Source of the DNA: Anthoceros angustus
Taxonomy: Eukaryota; Plantae; Anthocerotophyta
DNA: 64,000 nucleotides
Reading direction: 5' to 3'
NCBI GenBank assembly: GCA_010909165.1
Contig: VJWM01000151.1
Span: 550,248 to 614,247, forward strand
Shown piece after piece: positions 61,740 to 64,000 of this stretch. Numbering within the stretch: the stretch's first letter is position 1; every line of letters begins with the position of its first letter. A program made the position numbers and the translations under genes. The notes beneath the pieces are model-generated. The model was not told the DNA's origin. It searched no databases and was given only the letters and a program-made list of their open reading frames with translations.

Positions 61740-64000
61740 ACTGCCGGGTTCCCCTTCTTCCTCATCGACACCATCCGATGTTGGCCTGGCGAGGGTGCTC
61801 CCGAATGACCACAGGGAGCCCCAGCCGTCGGCTGCCCCCAGTGCCCCGGTTTGGGAAACGAACAAAATGACTGATCGTATCACCAAACCGAGTTCCCTGT
61901 CCCGAAGGGTGCCGGCCGGGCCCGCCCACTCCATCGGGTCTACTCACCGCCTGAAGGAAACACCGGCATCCCTAAGGTCTCCACGATCACAAGATCCGCA
62001 CCGCCTCAAGATCTCATTGATCATCATTGCTCCTTAAATATGGTAGTAATAGGTGCATCGCTCATCTTCCTGGTGAAGCTCATCCTCAACTATCCGAGCT
62101 AAAATGTTCAACTCGCAGACCTTGGCCTCGAGGGCTTTTGTAGCCAACAGGGTGGTTGTGGACTACACGGACTTCCCGGCTAGGTTAGGGTAGGATTTTG
62201 TTTTTTGGAGCGAAGGATAAAAAATGAGGCGAAAAAGGGGAAAAGCATGTTAGCACCCCACCAAGACTCGGAGTATACTCCCGGACCGAGTGAGGAACGA
62301 TCTAGGCCTACGATGGCAAAGCACAAGGTAATGGATAAGTCCGACCCACCTGTGACCAGCAGTGATAAGTACGCCTGTGGAAAGTAACTTAGAAGTTGGG
62401 CCGAAGGACTGACTAGGCGACGCCACGTGACGACCGAGTGGAGGATGCTGCATGGGTCGACTGTAACCTTGCTGAGGTCAATAGTGTATTCACGCCACGA
62501 CGCGCGCCAGAGGGGCCAGGCACGCCACAGAAGGCCGTGCACGGCACAGAGGGGCCGAAAGCCATGCATCGGGCTACGGACAGTGAAGAGGCGCCTCCGC
62601 CTGGCATTCCCAAGGCGTGGTCGCGGAAGAAGGCTGCTCACAGCCGAGACACTCGCGATCCTTGCGCCCGCAACCGGCTCCGGGTATCTGGGACACCGAC
62701 GCGGGGCTCACCGCTGAGGTCGGAGTGAACGCGCGAAGAAGGCGAACGTGCTGCCAGCCTCCGGCTGCTGCCAGAACCAAGGGAGGAGAAGGCGATGGCA
62801 CCCAAAAGCCCGCTGGAAGTTTGGGAGCCATGGAACCTTGTGGAGCGCAACATTGTGACCCGCGCTATCCTGACTTTGGGCCTGCCCGTGAAGCGGAGAA
62901 TTGGTGCAGGAGTGGCATTTGGATGTGTTCCGATGGTCTGACATTTGATAGTGTCACCGGGTCCGGAGTTTGCCCGAAGATGTCAAGGGCGGTCAATAAA
63001 GGAGGTGCGGTCCAAGAACCTCCGGAGGACCCAAGGCGATGGACCTTGAGGTCCCGAGGCGCCTACAACCGCCCCAAGGAGGAAGAGGGGAGGGTTTCCT
63101 AATTAAGTTTTGGTAATTAATTTTGATTACATTAAATTCTGCTTAAATGTAACTTAAGCCAGTTTTAATTGTTTTCTTAGTTAGTGGATAGCTTTCAAGT
63201 TAGTGAGAGCTAACTAGCCTTTTAGTCTCATTTTGAAGCGATTCTTCACACCTAGTTCATAGTGAGTGGGAGTGATGAAATATGACCTATTTAGGGCACT
63301 CTTCACTAGGGCACCTAAGGCTATTAATTAATTTAGTTCTTAGGGCTTTAGGTAGTTTAATGAGTAGTTAGTTGTTACAACCACTTAGAGGTTAGAACTA
63401 CTTATGGTTACAACCACCTTATGGTTATAACCACCTAGCCTATATAAAGGCTTTGTACTTTCTATTATAATCAATGCATACAACTTTTTGTGCAAAGCTT
63501 TCTACTATCGCTATGTTTTGCTACCTAGGCGGCTATGATTCTCATCACATACATACAGATGGAATTGCTGACCGTTGACGTCGACAATCAAGCCCCTCAG
63601 GAGAACACAAAGCATATGACTCGGACACACAAGAACTACCAAGCTAGAATGCTTTGGTAGGGTCAAACAGAGCTTGAAGCTCCGCGATGAGCAAGGGGAC
63701 TCCGTCCGTCCATTCTTGAATGCCCTTCCAGTTAATGGCCGCTATTTGTAAGTGAGTCCTTTTCTAAAGTTGGCCCTACTTTAAACTCGGGATGCCTCGA
63801 TCCTATGCACCGTTGGCTCAAGAGGCGTTGTTCAGAGGTCCCTTGCTATCGAGAATAGAAGCTTCATTCACACCACACAAAACATCCCCTTGTTATTTCG
63901 TTCTTATCCTTGCACATTGGCTCCCAGGTGCCTGGGCTCCCACACGATAAGAAGGGCAAGGATGATTCTGCACACACGACTCCATGATCCACACTTCCAC
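61740..64000. mobile_element. Probable further retroelement-derived sequence (degenerate ORFs, AT-rich LTR-like block with TATA at ~63441)
   Basis: Purine run at ~63076-63093 followed by an AT-rich U3-like block with CCTATATAAAGG. No diagnostic domain recognised. Confidence 0.35.

Overview
Eukaryotic, land-plant nuclear DNA. The short GT-AG introns, ~50% GC and many decayed PLS-type PPR fragments suggest a compact non-seed-plant genome such as a hornwort or Selaginella; this is an inference. The left third holds two intact spliced genes (an Alba/RGG nucleic-acid-binding protein and a PLAC8-family protein). It also holds a duplicated pair of secreted single-domain Gnk2/DUF26 genes, each preceded by a decayed tRNA-Arg, PPR pseudogene debris interrupted by an intronless ALDH6B (MMSDH) copy, a ~2 kb tandem duplication and a secreted glycine-rich protein gene. 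The right two-thirds is a nest of mobile DNA: two Ty1/copia elements, a 3.5 kb non-autonomous CACTA element and an unclassified 6 kb insertion. The most notable feature is a DDE-type transposase gene (DUF7869-like motifs, 38.7-42.5 kb, +) facing a convergent, intron-containing gene (44.2-53.06 kb, -). That gene reconstructs as a ParB/Srx-like domain, a helical linker and a beta-class (N4-C/N6-A) DNA amino-methyltransferase. Together they form a candidate DNA transposon carrying a bacterial-type DNA methyltransferase. Many small deletions throughout look like long-read consensus errors, so frameshifts should not be taken as proof of pseudogenisation. All homology calls are by eye; no searches were run.
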